From Waddliaceae bacterium (GTDB taxonomy: Bacteria > Chlamydiota > Chlamydiia > Chlamydiales > Waddliaceae): a DNA stretch of 64,000 bases. The stretch spans positions 320,001 through 384,000 of the forward strand of contig CAVRUH010000001.1 in assembly GCA_963724325.1 (NCBI GenBank), read 5' to 3'. Shown here in pieces: positions 9,067 through 18,762 of the stretch; position 1 is the stretch's first letter, and the number at the start of each line of letters is the position of its first letter. A model generated the notes under the pieces. That model was not told the origin of the DNA, ran no database searches, and saw only the letters and a list, made by a program, of their open reading frames with translations. A program made the translations under genes and the position numbers.

Positions 9067-10400
9067 TTTGCCCTCTCATCTTTAATGTTGAGCAGCTCTA
9101 AATAATCTTTCAAAAGGCCTGATGTTACGAGTTTATTATAATTTTTCATTGTAGGTTGTACGTTAAACTGCTTGAATTCTCCGACGAGCTCCTCCGCAGT
9201 GATCTTTTCAATTTCAAATTTAAAAATTTCTTCAATCACAAGCTCTCCTTTCATACTGCAAGATACTTGAGAAATTGTCATGACTCTTCTAGCACCACTG
9301 ACGAGTCTGCTAACATAAATAATCAAATCAAGTGCACTTCCAATTTGCTGCTGAATGCTTTCGACAGAAAGAGCATATCTAGCCATTAAAATCATGTTGA
9401 GTAATCGAGAAATAACTTCCTCAGCACCACTAGCATGCAGTGTGACCATAGAACCATCTTGCCCGGTGTTCATAGCATGCAACATGTTAAATGCTTCGGC
9501 TCCTCTCAATTCCCCCAAAATTACACGGTCAGGACGCATACGCAATGCGTTAATCATGAGGTCAGCCTGAGTTACAGCTCCCTTTCCCTCAGGGTTCGGA
9601 AGCCTTGTCAACAAACGTACGGTGTGATGGTGAACCAATTCAAGTTCGGGCGTATCTTCAATTGTAATCATTCTTTCCCCGTGTCTAATCGAGGTTAATA
9701 ATGAGTTCATCAACGTCGTTTTTCCCGAACCAGTACCCCCGCAGACAGCAATGTTAAAACGAGCCTTAACAGCTATTTGGAGCAGACGCGCCATAGTTTC
9801 CGTGAGTGCTCCAGTTTCGACAAGACGATCGAGATTCAACTTCGAGAATTGATATTTTCGTATCGAAACTTTAATACCATCTATAGCAACGGGTGGAATG
9901 ATTGCATGGATACGGCTTCCATCCTCTAATTGAGCATCAAAGTAGGGAGTTCCTAAGTCAAGGTGCCTTCCTGCCTTCGACGCGACCCTTTGCACCAACC
10001 GAAAAATGTGTTCGTTATCAAGAAATCGAACATTTGATTTTTGAATTCTTCCAAGCTTTTCAATATAAATTATATCAGGTGAGTTCACATAGATATCAGT
10101 TATGTCTTCGTCTCTGAGTAAAGGCGCCAGCGGTCCAAATCCTGTGACCTCATCATAAATTGCGTCAACCAGCTTTTTGCTTACTTCTCCCTTAGGAAGC
10201 ACTTCACTAGTTGCAATAAGTTGTTCAATGTGGTGAAGCAAATAGAGATTTAGAGCTTCCGGATCATCTTGGAGTTTATCAATTTGATTATAGTTAAGAC
10301 TTTCGAGCAACTGCGTATGGACATAATGAACCTGTTGTAAAAATTCGAGATCCACTTGATCTTCTTTTTTTATTTCAGTTTCAGGAGTTGTCATATACAC
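9063..10400 (-). CDS. tadA: TadA/CpaF pilus assembly ATPase
   Basis: GFGPLAPLL, Walker A GGTGSGKTT, TIEDTPEL, ALRMRPDRVILGELRG, AMNTGQDGSMVTLHA. Confidence 0.95.
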   Translation of the reverse strand: MYMTTPETEIKKEDQVDLEFLQQVHYVHTQLLESLNYNQIDKLQDDPEALNLYLLHHIEQLIATSEVLPKGEVSKKLVDAIYDEVTGFGPLAPLLRDEDITDIYVNSPDIIYIEKLGRIQKSNVRFLDNEHIFRLVQRVASKAGRHLDLGTPYFDAQLEDGSRIHAIIPPVAIDGIKVSIRKYQFSKLNLDRLVETGALTETMARLLQIAVKARFNIAVCGGTGSGKTTLMNSLLTSIRHGERMITIEDTPELELVHHHTVRLLTRLPNPEGKGAVTQADLMINALRMRPDRVILGELRGAEAFNMLHAMNTGQDGSMVTLHASGAEEVISRLLNMILMARYALSVESIQQQIGSALDLIIYVSRLVSGARRVMTISQVSCSMKGELVIEEIFKFEIEKITAEELVGEFKQFNVQPTMKNYNKLVTSGLLKDYLELLNIKDERAK

Positions 10401-10522
10401 CTAATTGTTTTTTAAAATGTCACCATACCTGAACGTCATAATGCAAGTAAATATTTTTCTTGTTGCATCGATCCGATCAAATCGTTATTGTTACCTTTTA
10501 AAGAAAAAGGACAAATAATTTT

Positions 10523-12136
10523 ATGGCTCGAGACAGATTACTTTTCCTGATATCCTTCGCTCTTCTAGGGCTCGTAGGCGCCTTTCTATTCCGCCGCGAC
10601 GAAAGACCCCCTGTTGCCCTGGCACAAGTTCAAGATCTGCCAAAAGATAAAGACGGCCCTGCACAAGTAGTTCAGCCTGTTGACCCAAATGCAAAATCTC
10701 GCAATCATGTGTCGGGTAAACTTGCACCAGGAAAACGTGCTGTTCCTTTTGAACTCAATGCCAGGTCAGGCATCGCCCAGTTTATGACCCCTGGCATGTA
10801 TGTGGATCTTACATTTACATCAAAACCAGATTCCGGTTTTGGCTCTGTAAGCTTAAATTTAATAAAAAATGTCCGTATACTTGCCATCGGCGTCACCGTC
10901 GACGGTGTGGCCGTTGAAAAGAATACAACTGGATTTAAACCGAATTCACCTATTGAAGTATTACTTGAAATGACACCGAAACAAGCCGAAATTCTCTCTT
11001 TCGCAGAAAGGGCCGGCATAGTCTCTCTTGACCTCATGGATACCGAACAACCTGAGGAAAAGGGTAATTTTATTGAATCATTGTTAGATGCAGACTCAAC
11101 GGGTGACTTTCAATCAGCTTTGATAACTTACATGATGCGCGGCCTATTCTCCAACGTTAATATTTATGTCCGCGCTACACCCAAGGGATATATTGTCTCA
11201 GGAAAAGTGCCAGATCCGCAAATGGCAGGAAAAATAATTGAAGTTCTCACAAAGCTTTCACCAGGTGGAGATACCGCTATTGTCGACCTTATGGAAGTCG
11301 ATCCCCAACAAGTGCTCATATGTGTAAAAGTAATGGAAGTGACAAAAAATATCATGGCAAACTCAGGACTCAACTGGCAACTATTATATCAAAACGCTGG
11401 AGAAGTCGTGGGTGTTGCATCATTTTACCCGCCCTCGGGAACACAAAGTGCTGCATATCTTTTGAGCGGCAGCGGTATTAACTTCGGTAAATTTGCTCTT
11501 TCTTACCTAATAAATTTGCTTCAACAAGATAATGTCGGCAAAGTACTTGCTGAGCCCAATTTAACAACTGTATCCGGTGCCACAGCTCACTTTTTTGCAG
11601 GTGGTGAATTCCCAATTCTAATTCCACAAGGCGGAAACCTCATTGGAACCGTAACTGTAGATTTTAAAAAATTTGGCGTCCTTCTGGATTTTACCCCAAC
11701 GGTAGATCTTAACGGCCTCATTACCATGCACATAGTACCCGAAATTAGCACCATTGACCCAAGCCTTAGCGTTACGCTGCAAGGTTTTGTTATTCCTGGA
11801 TTAGTCACTAGACGGGTAGATACAGTGGTAAAATTGTGGCCAGGACAATGCTATATCATAGGAGGAATGCTCCAAGATGAACTTACGGAAGAGGATAGTC
11901 ACCTCTTCGGGCTAAGCAAACTCCCCGTCATAGGCGCTCTATTCAGCTCCAAATCATATCAAGACCAGCAAACTGAATTAGTACTCATAATTACCCCCTA
12001 CCTAATAACAAGCGAAAAAGAAGAACCTTGCGAGACTGCCTGTGAATACCTTCAAAGAGAACAAGAAAGTTTTGATTTAGAAGTTGAGTATCAAATTGAA
12101 GAATGTACTATTGAATCATTTATGTTTGGAACTTAA
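10523..12136 (+). CDS. Fused CpaB/RcpC - CpaC/RcpA secretin
   Basis: The N-half is RcpC-like (LAPGKRAV...PGMYVDL...NVRILAIG...LEMTPKQAEILSFAERAG). The C-half is a secretin (LAEPNLTTVSGATAHFFAGGEFP, FGVLLDFTP, LPVIGALF...TELVLIITP). Confidence 0.85.
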   Translation: MARDRLLFLISFALLGLVGAFLFRRDERPPVALAQVQDLPKDKDGPAQVVQPVDPNAKSRNHVSGKLAPGKRAVPFELNARSGIAQFMTPGMYVDLTFTSKPDSGFGSVSLNLIKNVRILAIGVTVDGVAVEKNTTGFKPNSPIEVLLEMTPKQAEILSFAERAGIVSLDLMDTEQPEEKGNFIESLLDADSTGDFQSALITYMMRGLFSNVNIYVRATPKGYIVSGKVPDPQMAGKIIEVLTKLSPGGDTAIVDLMEVDPQQVLICVKVMEVTKNIMANSGLNWQLLYQNAGEVVGVASFYPPSGTQSAAYLLSGSGINFGKFALSYLINLLQQDNVGKVLAEPNLTTVSGATAHFFAGGEFPILIPQGGNLIGTVTVDFKKFGVLLDFTPTVDLNGLITMHIVPEISTIDPSLSVTLQGFVIPGLVTRRVDTVVKLWPGQCYIIGGMLQDELTEEDSHLFGLSKLPVIGALFSSKSYQDQQTELVLIITPYLITSEKEEPCETACEYLQREQESFDLEVEYQIEECTIESFMFGT

Positions 12137-12138
12137 TT

Positions 12139-12543
12139 ATGGATAATCCAGAAATTATTGCAACTTTAAAAAAGGTAAGCGTATTCTCTAAACTTTCCTA
12201 TGAAGCCTTAGAAGACATCGCAGGAGTAATGGTTTTGGAAAATGCCTCAAAAGGGGAGGTGATTTTCAACCAAGGAGATGAAGGTGATGGCTTTTATATC
12301 GTTGGGCAAGGATTAGTTTGCATTACACGCGATGGCAAAGAACTAGCCCGTTGCCAATCCTGTGAGTTCTTCGGAGAACTTTCACTCCTTAACAACGCTC
12401 CAAGAGCTGCCACAGTCACAGCTCTGGAAGATACTCAGTTATTATTTCTCAATAAGGAAGACTTTAATGACCTAACAGAGGTCTTTCCCGAAATACTAAA
12501 AATCTTCGTCAAATCAGCCCTCTCCTACCTACGCAAAACCTGA
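12139..12543 (+). CDS. Stand-alone cyclic nucleotide-binding domain protein
   Basis: IFNQGDEGDGFYIV, FFGELSLL...PRAATVTA phosphate-binding cassette; 2 bp after the secretin stop. Confidence 0.9.
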   Translation: MDNPEIIATLKKVSVFSKLSYEALEDIAGVMVLENASKGEVIFNQGDEGDGFYIVGQGLVCITRDGKELARCQSCEFFGELSLLNNAPRAATVTALEDTQLLFLNKEDFNDLTEVFPEILKIFVKSALSYLRKT

Positions 12544-12547
12544 ATTG

Positions 12548-13018
12548 TTAAGGCCCAACGGTGTACGTAACGGTGTTTGTTGCATTTGTTACGGCCATGG
12601 CTTCGACTGTTGCACATAAGCAATAAGTAATAGTGAGTCCCGATTCTGCAACATTAGTAACCCCAGAGACTAAACTTTGAGGCGTAGTAGTAAGAATTAC
12701 CTCCGAAGCAGACGTCCCTCCTGAAGGGGCAACTAAACTAGCTCCCAAAGTGACCCCCGTCGGTAATGTCGAATCCAACGAAGCATAAATATTTCTTCCA
12801 GTATTGTTAGTCGTGATAGCATAACTAGTTGAAGAATCCAGACACATGGTTGGTGGTTGACCTGGTGTAGCTGCACCTACAGATAAAGTTGCTGGATCAC
12901 CAGAAATAGAAATACAATCAATTGAACCCACAGAATAGGTAATATTGGCTGTACAATTTGTCGCACTGAATAATTGTTGAGTTATAAGCATGGATAAGAG
13001 TAATAAAATATTTCTCAT
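12548..13018 (-). CDS. Secreted beta-rich, fimbrial subunit-like protein
   Basis: Signal peptide; Thr/Ser-rich beta-strand pattern ending in TVTYTV. Confidence 0.5.
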   Translation of the reverse strand: MRNILLLLSMLITQQLFSATNCTANITYSVGSIDCISISGDPATLSVGAATPGQPPTMCLDSSTSYAITTNNTGRNIYASLDSTLPTGVTLGASLVAPSGGTSASEVILTTTPQSLVSGVTNVAESGLTITYCLCATVEAMAVTNATNTVTYTVGP

Positions 13019-13097
13019 AAGAACTCCATTTTAAAAGAATTTATACTACAATTCAATCAGTAATGGATTAAAGTATTTATTACAATGTTTTTCTTCT

Positions 13098-15809
13098 CTA
13101 CCAGTTGTTAACCGGGAGCAATGAGCTTGGATGGCTAATCACAAAATTAGTGAAATTATCGCTGCCCTGAATGATATCAACTACACCTTCCCTGCAAAAG
13201 AATTTTGGTATTCCCCATACATAACTAATTTTGATCAGTAAATGTTCATGCTCATCATTTATGACCCAGTTTAAATCTCCGACGTTAATTAATAAAGGCA
13301 ACTTCTTAACATCACAAATACACAATTCTAATTGATAAGGATTCACCACTTGAATGCCCTCCTCAATAAGGGCTAGACGCAATTTTTTCGCCAGAACTGA
13401 TGGACTCAATTCATCACATGGTATAACCCTAAATAATTTCTCTAATGCTTTAGACAAAATTTTAATCCCTAGGCGTGCTAAAATCTGAGTCAAATCATTT
13501 AAGCTAATAGACACCTTCGAAAATTCATCCTCTATGATATCTTTTACAAGCTGAATGTGATCATCGTCTGTATGGCTGATAAGTTCATCTCTAAACATAG
13601 CAAAAGTCATATTACCCTTGTCAGAAAAGTATGATGTCATTTTTTCCGTCGTGATTCTATCTTTGGCAAATCTCTTAATGACATTTCTAATAAGTTGAGG
13701 GGACACAAGACTAGCCAACCTTTTCTTAGCTGGATCAAACATAGTTTCTTGAATAAAATTACGGAAAGAATTTCGATACTGCAATAAAAGCTCCCAACAA
13801 CTTGGAGTAAGGGTCCACGAATGGTTTCCTCTTGTAGATATCAATATTTTTGGAGCACGGCGAATGTTATCGAGATTCATGGATTGCATCCATTTTAACA
13901 AATTTTCTAAAAATTGATAGGGCGAAAGGCATTGATCTATCCGATGCTTAGATATTTCAATTCCATATACTAACCTAAGAGAAATACTTTCTATCCCTCC
14001 TCTCTGATTCAATATCATCAAATCTGCTTTCTTCAAATCCTCAGCCTCAATTTGTTCATCTTTTATTTTTTTAGCACAAAAATTTGCCAAATATGTTTTA
14101 TATCTTTCGGATTCAACCACCTTAAGAATTCCTTTCTTTTCCTGCTCCCTGCTCCTTCCAGTAAAAGAAAGTTCCTTGATGGCCTCTTTTACTACTTCTA
14201 TTACCACATCTTTCAAGTCTGAAATGGAATAAATAAGATGATATCCTCCACGACTATCTAACGAAATGACTCGCAAAGACCTTTCTAGCAGTCTAAATAA
14301 GGCCTCTAACTTTTTTCCACTTCCTTTTAAACCTCTAATTTTCTGAGTCCCTACCCAAAGTTCACCTCCCTCAAAACGGACACCACTTTCACAACGATTT
14401 TCCAACCACAATTGAGCACTTAATTTGTCTTCAATTTTCGTTCGCACATCTTTTTGAAGTTTTAAATATCCACCATCTTCAATCCCCGCAATGCAAGCCT
14501 CAATAACCTCATGCCTATGTTTTGTATCAATAGAGTTCGTATACATGAATTCAATAAGAGCAACTTGCATGTGCATCAACCCACTATATTTATAGCAATA
14601 AAACATCTGTTCTACAAAACGCCCCTCTTCCGCAACATTCAAAAGCTCTTTTAATGTTACTTTCGGCTTTTTCCATTTAATAGTTTCAGGCAGGTCCAAA
14701 ACCCCCCTCATATGTTGTATAGGCACAGCCCCCTTAATTTTCACAGGATCTACAAATATTTCAAAATCTTTTGAATTCGACAACCGCTCTTCAATCAAAG
14801 GACAAATCGGTATCGAATTTAATTCCCCCATTAAACAATGACCAGTCTTAAGCCAGTCTAATATCTTATTAAAAACGTCATAGGTGTTGTTTTCAGTCGC
14901 GTAAATCAAAGAACTAACCGCATAGCAATTAGGCGTATTTTCCTGTCTGACATCTGCAAAAAGAGCCATCAAACAATCATAAAAGACATGAACAGATTCA
15001 ACCCCTTCGATCCTGGCCAGCTTCAAATCAAGCCTTATAAGATCTTCTAGTGACTTATGAACTGTGACCTTGCTGTTGAAGAGCTTTTCAAAATTGTTAT
15101 CGGAAAGAATCTGCCGTACAATAATAACGATATGTGCCGCGTGTTCCGGCTGTAGATATTTTACAATTTTATGACAAGCCACTGTGAGAACAGTCTCAAT
15201 TGCAACAAGCCCTCCTCGATTAAAAACCTGCATAGATGTTAATGCCATGTGAGCAAATGCCCTCAACAAATAATGGGTTGCTCCATTCGGAATTCTAGAA
15301 TCTAGTTCATTATCCTTATGACTTCGTATATACGAATCCGCTTCTTTTTGAAGTACCTTTGCACGGTATGCGACAAGCAACTCTTCGTCAGGTATATCAT
15401 TTGAAGAATCCAAATAAAATAATATCATTCCTAATTCTGATATTTTATAATCGTAATCGCCATTATACAAAAGGCCTCGAATTCTAATTCGACATTTTTC
15501 ATTTAATTCAACATTGTCGAGTCGATACAACATTTTTTCTATTTCCATTACCTGATCGCGAATAGCAAAAAAGTTTTTGACATTAACTCCAAAAGGTGGA
15601 AAAGAAAAATTATATTGATAGTTTTTGAACAAGAACTTGTCAGTTATTTCAATAGTCACTGGGACATCGACCTCAGCTGGTAATTCATCCAGACAGATCA
15701 TCCTTACTTTTCGCACGGTGTGTTCTAATTTATCCAGATTTTTTAAAGGACTTGTCCACTTGCCATTTTCATTTTTTTCAAAAGATCTATCAAGAAAATT
15801 TGCTATCAT
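13098..15809 (-). CDS. Large hypothetical protein (903 aa), divergent paralog of 41212..44037
   Basis: Colinear motifs shared with the 41212 protein: IRLDL/IRDTL, RQ...C, GG, NHSW/THAF, GDLNW/ADTNW. Confidence 0.7.
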   Translation of the reverse strand: MIANFLDRSFEKNENGKWTSPLKNLDKLEHTVRKVRMICLDELPAEVDVPVTIEITDKFLFKNYQYNFSFPPFGVNVKNFFAIRDQVMEIEKMLYRLDNVELNEKCRIRIRGLLYNGDYDYKISELGMILFYLDSSNDIPDEELLVAYRAKVLQKEADSYIRSHKDNELDSRIPNGATHYLLRAFAHMALTSMQVFNRGGLVAIETVLTVACHKIVKYLQPEHAAHIVIIVRQILSDNNFEKLFNSKVTVHKSLEDLIRLDLKLARIEGVESVHVFYDCLMALFADVRQENTPNCYAVSSLIYATENNTYDVFNKILDWLKTGHCLMGELNSIPICPLIEERLSNSKDFEIFVDPVKIKGAVPIQHMRGVLDLPETIKWKKPKVTLKELLNVAEEGRFVEQMFYCYKYSGLMHMQVALIEFMYTNSIDTKHRHEVIEACIAGIEDGGYLKLQKDVRTKIEDKLSAQLWLENRCESGVRFEGGELWVGTQKIRGLKGSGKKLEALFRLLERSLRVISLDSRGGYHLIYSISDLKDVVIEVVKEAIKELSFTGRSREQEKKGILKVVESERYKTYLANFCAKKIKDEQIEAEDLKKADLMILNQRGGIESISLRLVYGIEISKHRIDQCLSPYQFLENLLKWMQSMNLDNIRRAPKILISTRGNHSWTLTPSCWELLLQYRNSFRNFIQETMFDPAKKRLASLVSPQLIRNVIKRFAKDRITTEKMTSYFSDKGNMTFAMFRDELISHTDDDHIQLVKDIIEDEFSKVSISLNDLTQILARLGIKILSKALEKLFRVIPCDELSPSVLAKKLRLALIEEGIQVVNPYQLELCICDVKKLPLLINVGDLNWVINDEHEHLLIKISYVWGIPKFFCREGVVDIIQGSDNFTNFVISHPSSLLPVNNW

Positions 15810-15907
15810 AATAACACCACCTAATTAATTAATAAAAATATAAACAGAAACTCATTTATGCACAATTACTTTTAACGAAAGTCGCTTATTATGATAAACT
15901 TAAGACC

Positions 15908-16894
15908 CTAACGATTCTCAAATGAGAATGATGTGATAAGCTCTTTGACCTCTTCTATACACGAGGCTTTGCTTATAGAACCTCGAAATTCCCGCGCGTT
16001 GCGCGACTTAGTGAAATACCAACACCCTACCCTGCGCATGTCGATTAATGCCCCAAGTTCAGACTTATAGGCAATAGAATGATTAAAATGCTCCAAAAGA
16101 CTGCTTCTGCGCTCTTCAACGCTCCGTTCTATGCCCTCAAGGCCATCAAAATAACGGATAATATCCTCAACAATCCAAGGATGCCCCATAGTCCCTCTAG
16201 ACACCAGCACCGCATCACAACCCGTATATTCAAAAATTCGCTTAGCGGCATCAGGATCAAATACATCGCCATTTCCAATAACCTTGATATCTTTGGCAAC
16301 ATCTTTGCAACTTTTAATATGATCCCAATTCGCTGGCCCGGTATATCCCTGTTGGCGCGTCCTGCCATGAATTGTAATTGCCTTTGCACCAGCCTTTTCT
16401 GCAATCTTAGTGACCTCAGGCGCCACTATCGAATTCTCATCCCACCCCGTCCTAATCTTCACCGTCACAGGAATCTTCACAGCAGCAATCATATTAACCA
16501 ATATTTCACCAATCATCTCAGGATTTTTCAATAATCCCGAACCACTTCCATCTTTCGTCACCTTGTCTACAGGACAGCCGCAATTCAAATCAAGAACATC
16601 AAACCCTTTTTCTTCAATCATTCTAGCTGCTTGAGCCGCAATTTTGGGATTGCTGCCGACAAGCTGACCACCAATAGGCCGCATAGACTCATCATAATCA
16701 AGCATGGACAACGATCTCTCATTACTCCTTATGATTGCGTCCATTTTCACCATCTCACAATACATCAAGCCCGGATTAAATTTAGCCGACATCATCCGGA
16801 ACGGATAATCGGAACATCCAGCAAGCGGAGCATAAAAAATGTTATTCGGCAGGACAGTGTCCCCTAAAGCAAATGGTCTTTTCAGGTATTTCAT
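15908..16894 (-). CDS. dusB: tRNA-dihydrouridine synthase
   Basis: APLAG, DLNCGCP, VTVKIRTGW, IHGRTR, GNGD motifs. Confidence 0.92.
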   Translation of the reverse strand: MKYLKRPFALGDTVLPNNIFYAPLAGCSDYPFRMMSAKFNPGLMYCEMVKMDAIIRSNERSLSMLDYDESMRPIGGQLVGSNPKIAAQAARMIEEKGFDVLDLNCGCPVDKVTKDGSGSGLLKNPEMIGEILVNMIAAVKIPVTVKIRTGWDENSIVAPEVTKIAEKAGAKAITIHGRTRQQGYTGPANWDHIKSCKDVAKDIKVIGNGDVFDPDAAKRIFEYTGCDAVLVSRGTMGHPWIVEDIIRYFDGLEGIERSVEERRSSLLEHFNHSIAYKSELGALIDMRRVGCWYFTKSRNAREFRGSISKASCIEEVKELITSFSFENR

Positions 16895-16895
16895 A

Positions 16896-17156
16896 TTAAT
16901 AAAACAGTTTGATTATAAGTTGGTTAACAAATGAATTTATGACTCCAAGACTCAAGAATGCGAAAACAGGACTAAAATCCATCATTCCCAATGGGGGTAT
17001 AAATCTTCTAAAAAAATTTAGATAAGGATCCGTGTAATAATTGATAAATTGCATGACCCTATACTGTTGAAATTCAGGAACCCACGAACCCAACACTCTG
17101 ATGAACAACATCATCGTGTACACAAAAAACAACCTGTCAATAATAATGATTAGCAT
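16896..17156 (-). CDS. yggT: YggT family membrane protein
   Basis: TDPYLNFFRRFIPPLGMMDFSP signature. Confidence 0.92.
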   Translation of the reverse strand: MLIIIIDRLFFVYTMMLFIRVLGSWVPEFQQYRVMQFINYYTDPYLNFFRRFIPPLGMMDFSPVFAFLSLGVINSFVNQLIIKLFY

Positions 17157-17267
17157 ATTTATCTATAATTTTATATAACTAGTGTCAGATATTTGACAGT
17201 ATTTGTCAATGATTAATTACTGAGAATTGCATGCCGTGGGACTCGGCATGCCGCAAAAACGGACATC

Positions 17268-18053
17268 ATGTTAGAAATTTATACAACCAACATCCTCTGG
17301 GTATTCGTACTCATGACCTACTTTTGGATCCTCGGAACCCGAATTAAAAATATAAGTGTAGTCGACATTGGATGGGCCTTCGGATTCGTCGTCTGCGGCG
17401 TTAGCGCTGTTGTTTTTGGACAAGGCGATCCATTAAAGAAAGGAATTCTCCTTCTCATGGTCCTCATTTGGAGCCTTCGTTTGGGATTCTATCTTATAAA
17501 AAGATTCCGTCTCAATTACGAAGACCCCCGCTATACTCAAATAAAAAAGAACATGGGAAGCAAATGGATAAATTCAAAAATATTACTTATGTTCTTATTT
17601 CAAGGGTTTTTGGTCGTCGTTTTATCCACTCCATTTGTCATTGTTTCTACAAATTCAATCTCCAATTGGAGCATTTTCGAATTTGCAGGTATTCTGATTT
17701 GGACTATCGGTCTAATTGGAGAAACCATTGCCGACCAGCAAATGTCAAAATTTAAAACCATCCATAAGGGTTCGAAAAAAGTCTGTGATATAGGCCTGTG
17801 GAGATACTCAAGGCATCCCAATTATTTCTTTGAATGGGTGATTTGGATCGGATTCTCCCTATTTGCTCTGCCTGCATCATATGGATGGACATCTATCATT
17901 TCAGTCGCCATCATGTATTACTTGCTCAGATACCTCTCTGGAGTCCCCCCATCCGAGGCCCAGGCCCTAAAAACCAGGGGGCGTGCCTACAAAGAATATC
18001 AATCAAAAACTAGCATTTTCTTCCCCCGCATGCCTAACGGGCGTCAACAATAA
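17268..18053 (+). CDS. DUF1295 / steroid 5-alpha-reductase-like membrane protein
   Basis: SVVDIGW, EDPRY, ETIADQQ, GLWRYSRHPNYFFE. Confidence 0.88.
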   Translation: MLEIYTTNILWVFVLMTYFWILGTRIKNISVVDIGWAFGFVVCGVSAVVFGQGDPLKKGILLLMVLIWSLRLGFYLIKRFRLNYEDPRYTQIKKNMGSKWINSKILLMFLFQGFLVVVLSTPFVIVSTNSISNWSIFEFAGILIWTIGLIGETIADQQMSKFKTIHKGSKKVCDIGLWRYSRHPNYFFEWVIWIGFSLFALPASYGWTSIISVAIMYYLLRYLSGVPPSEAQALKTRGRAYKEYQSKTSIFFPRMPNGRQQ

Positions 18054-18073
18054 CCGTCCCTACCCAGCAGCAG

Positions 18074-18148
18074 CATCCTTCATATCCTGCCGCTTTGCGA
18101 TCATGCATATCTTGTTATTCCTAGGGATAACAGGATATGCATGATCGC
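18074..18148. repeat. Palindromic repeat family, copy A (right arm truncated)
   Basis: CATCCTTCATATCCTGCCGCTTTGCGATCATGCATATC-TTGTTATTCCTAGGGATAACAG-GATATGCATGATCGC. Confidence 0.9.
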
Positions 18149-18162
18149 TCTACCCCCAACCC

Positions 18163-18297
18163 CTCTTTTGACAAGTCAAATATTACATCTTCCCATCCTT
18201 CATATCCTGCCGCTTTGCGATCATGCATATCCTGTTATCCCTAGGAATAACAAGATATGCATGATCGCAAAGCGGCAGGATATGAAGGATGGGAGGA
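18163..18297. repeat. 27-bp leader plus ~105-bp palindrome, copy B (3' flank of GxxExxY)
   Basis: CTCTTTTGACAAGTCAAATATTACATC, then 41-bp perfect arms TCCCATCC...GCATATC / GATATGC...GGATGGGA. Confidence 0.92.
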
Positions 18298-18309
18298 AAT
18301 GATGGTTAT

Positions 18310-18717
18310 CTATATGCTGTGGGTGGCATAATGGTCAGGATGATAAAGCCTCCTGTATTCCACTTTTCGTTTTCCAAAATTAACCAGCAGCCCTATATAT
18401 GTATCGGAAACTTTCAGATAGTTGATTAATTGTGCTTGGTGTTCGCCAAGTAACGATTCACAGCATTTCAATTCAACAATTACAACACCATTAACAACAA
18501 TATCTGCAATATACAAACCTATTTTCCTTCCCCTGAATAACACTTCAAACCTTTTTTCTACTTCTACCTCAAATCCCTTCTCTTTTAAAGCAATGAAAAG
18601 AGCATTTTTATAAACCGATTCTAAAAAGCCAGAACCAAGCTCATTCATCACATCAAAACAGCATCCCAAAATTACTTCAGTTTCATTCGACAACAGCGAC
18701 TGACCATTTTGCATCAT
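18310..18717 (-). CDS. GxxExxY protein (PD-(D/E)XK-like)
   Basis: GFLESVY matches GxxExxY; also ADIVV...VELK and QLINY. Confidence 0.93.
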   Translation of the reverse strand: MMQNGQSLLSNETEVILGCCFDVMNELGSGFLESVYKNALFIALKEKGFEVEVEKRFEVLFRGRKIGLYIADIVVNGVVIVELKCCESLLGEHQAQLINYLKVSDTYIGLLVNFGKRKVEYRRLYHPDHYATHSI

Positions 18718-18762
18718 TTTCTATTTCCCACATTTATCGATGATACATTTTACACAAAACCG

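Noticed and set aside
18122..18139. TAGGGATAACAGGATATG resembles the I-SceI site (15/18 match)
   Set aside because: It is the centre of the natural palindrome family, recurs in each local copy, and has no homing endonuclease or vector context. Treated as coincidence.
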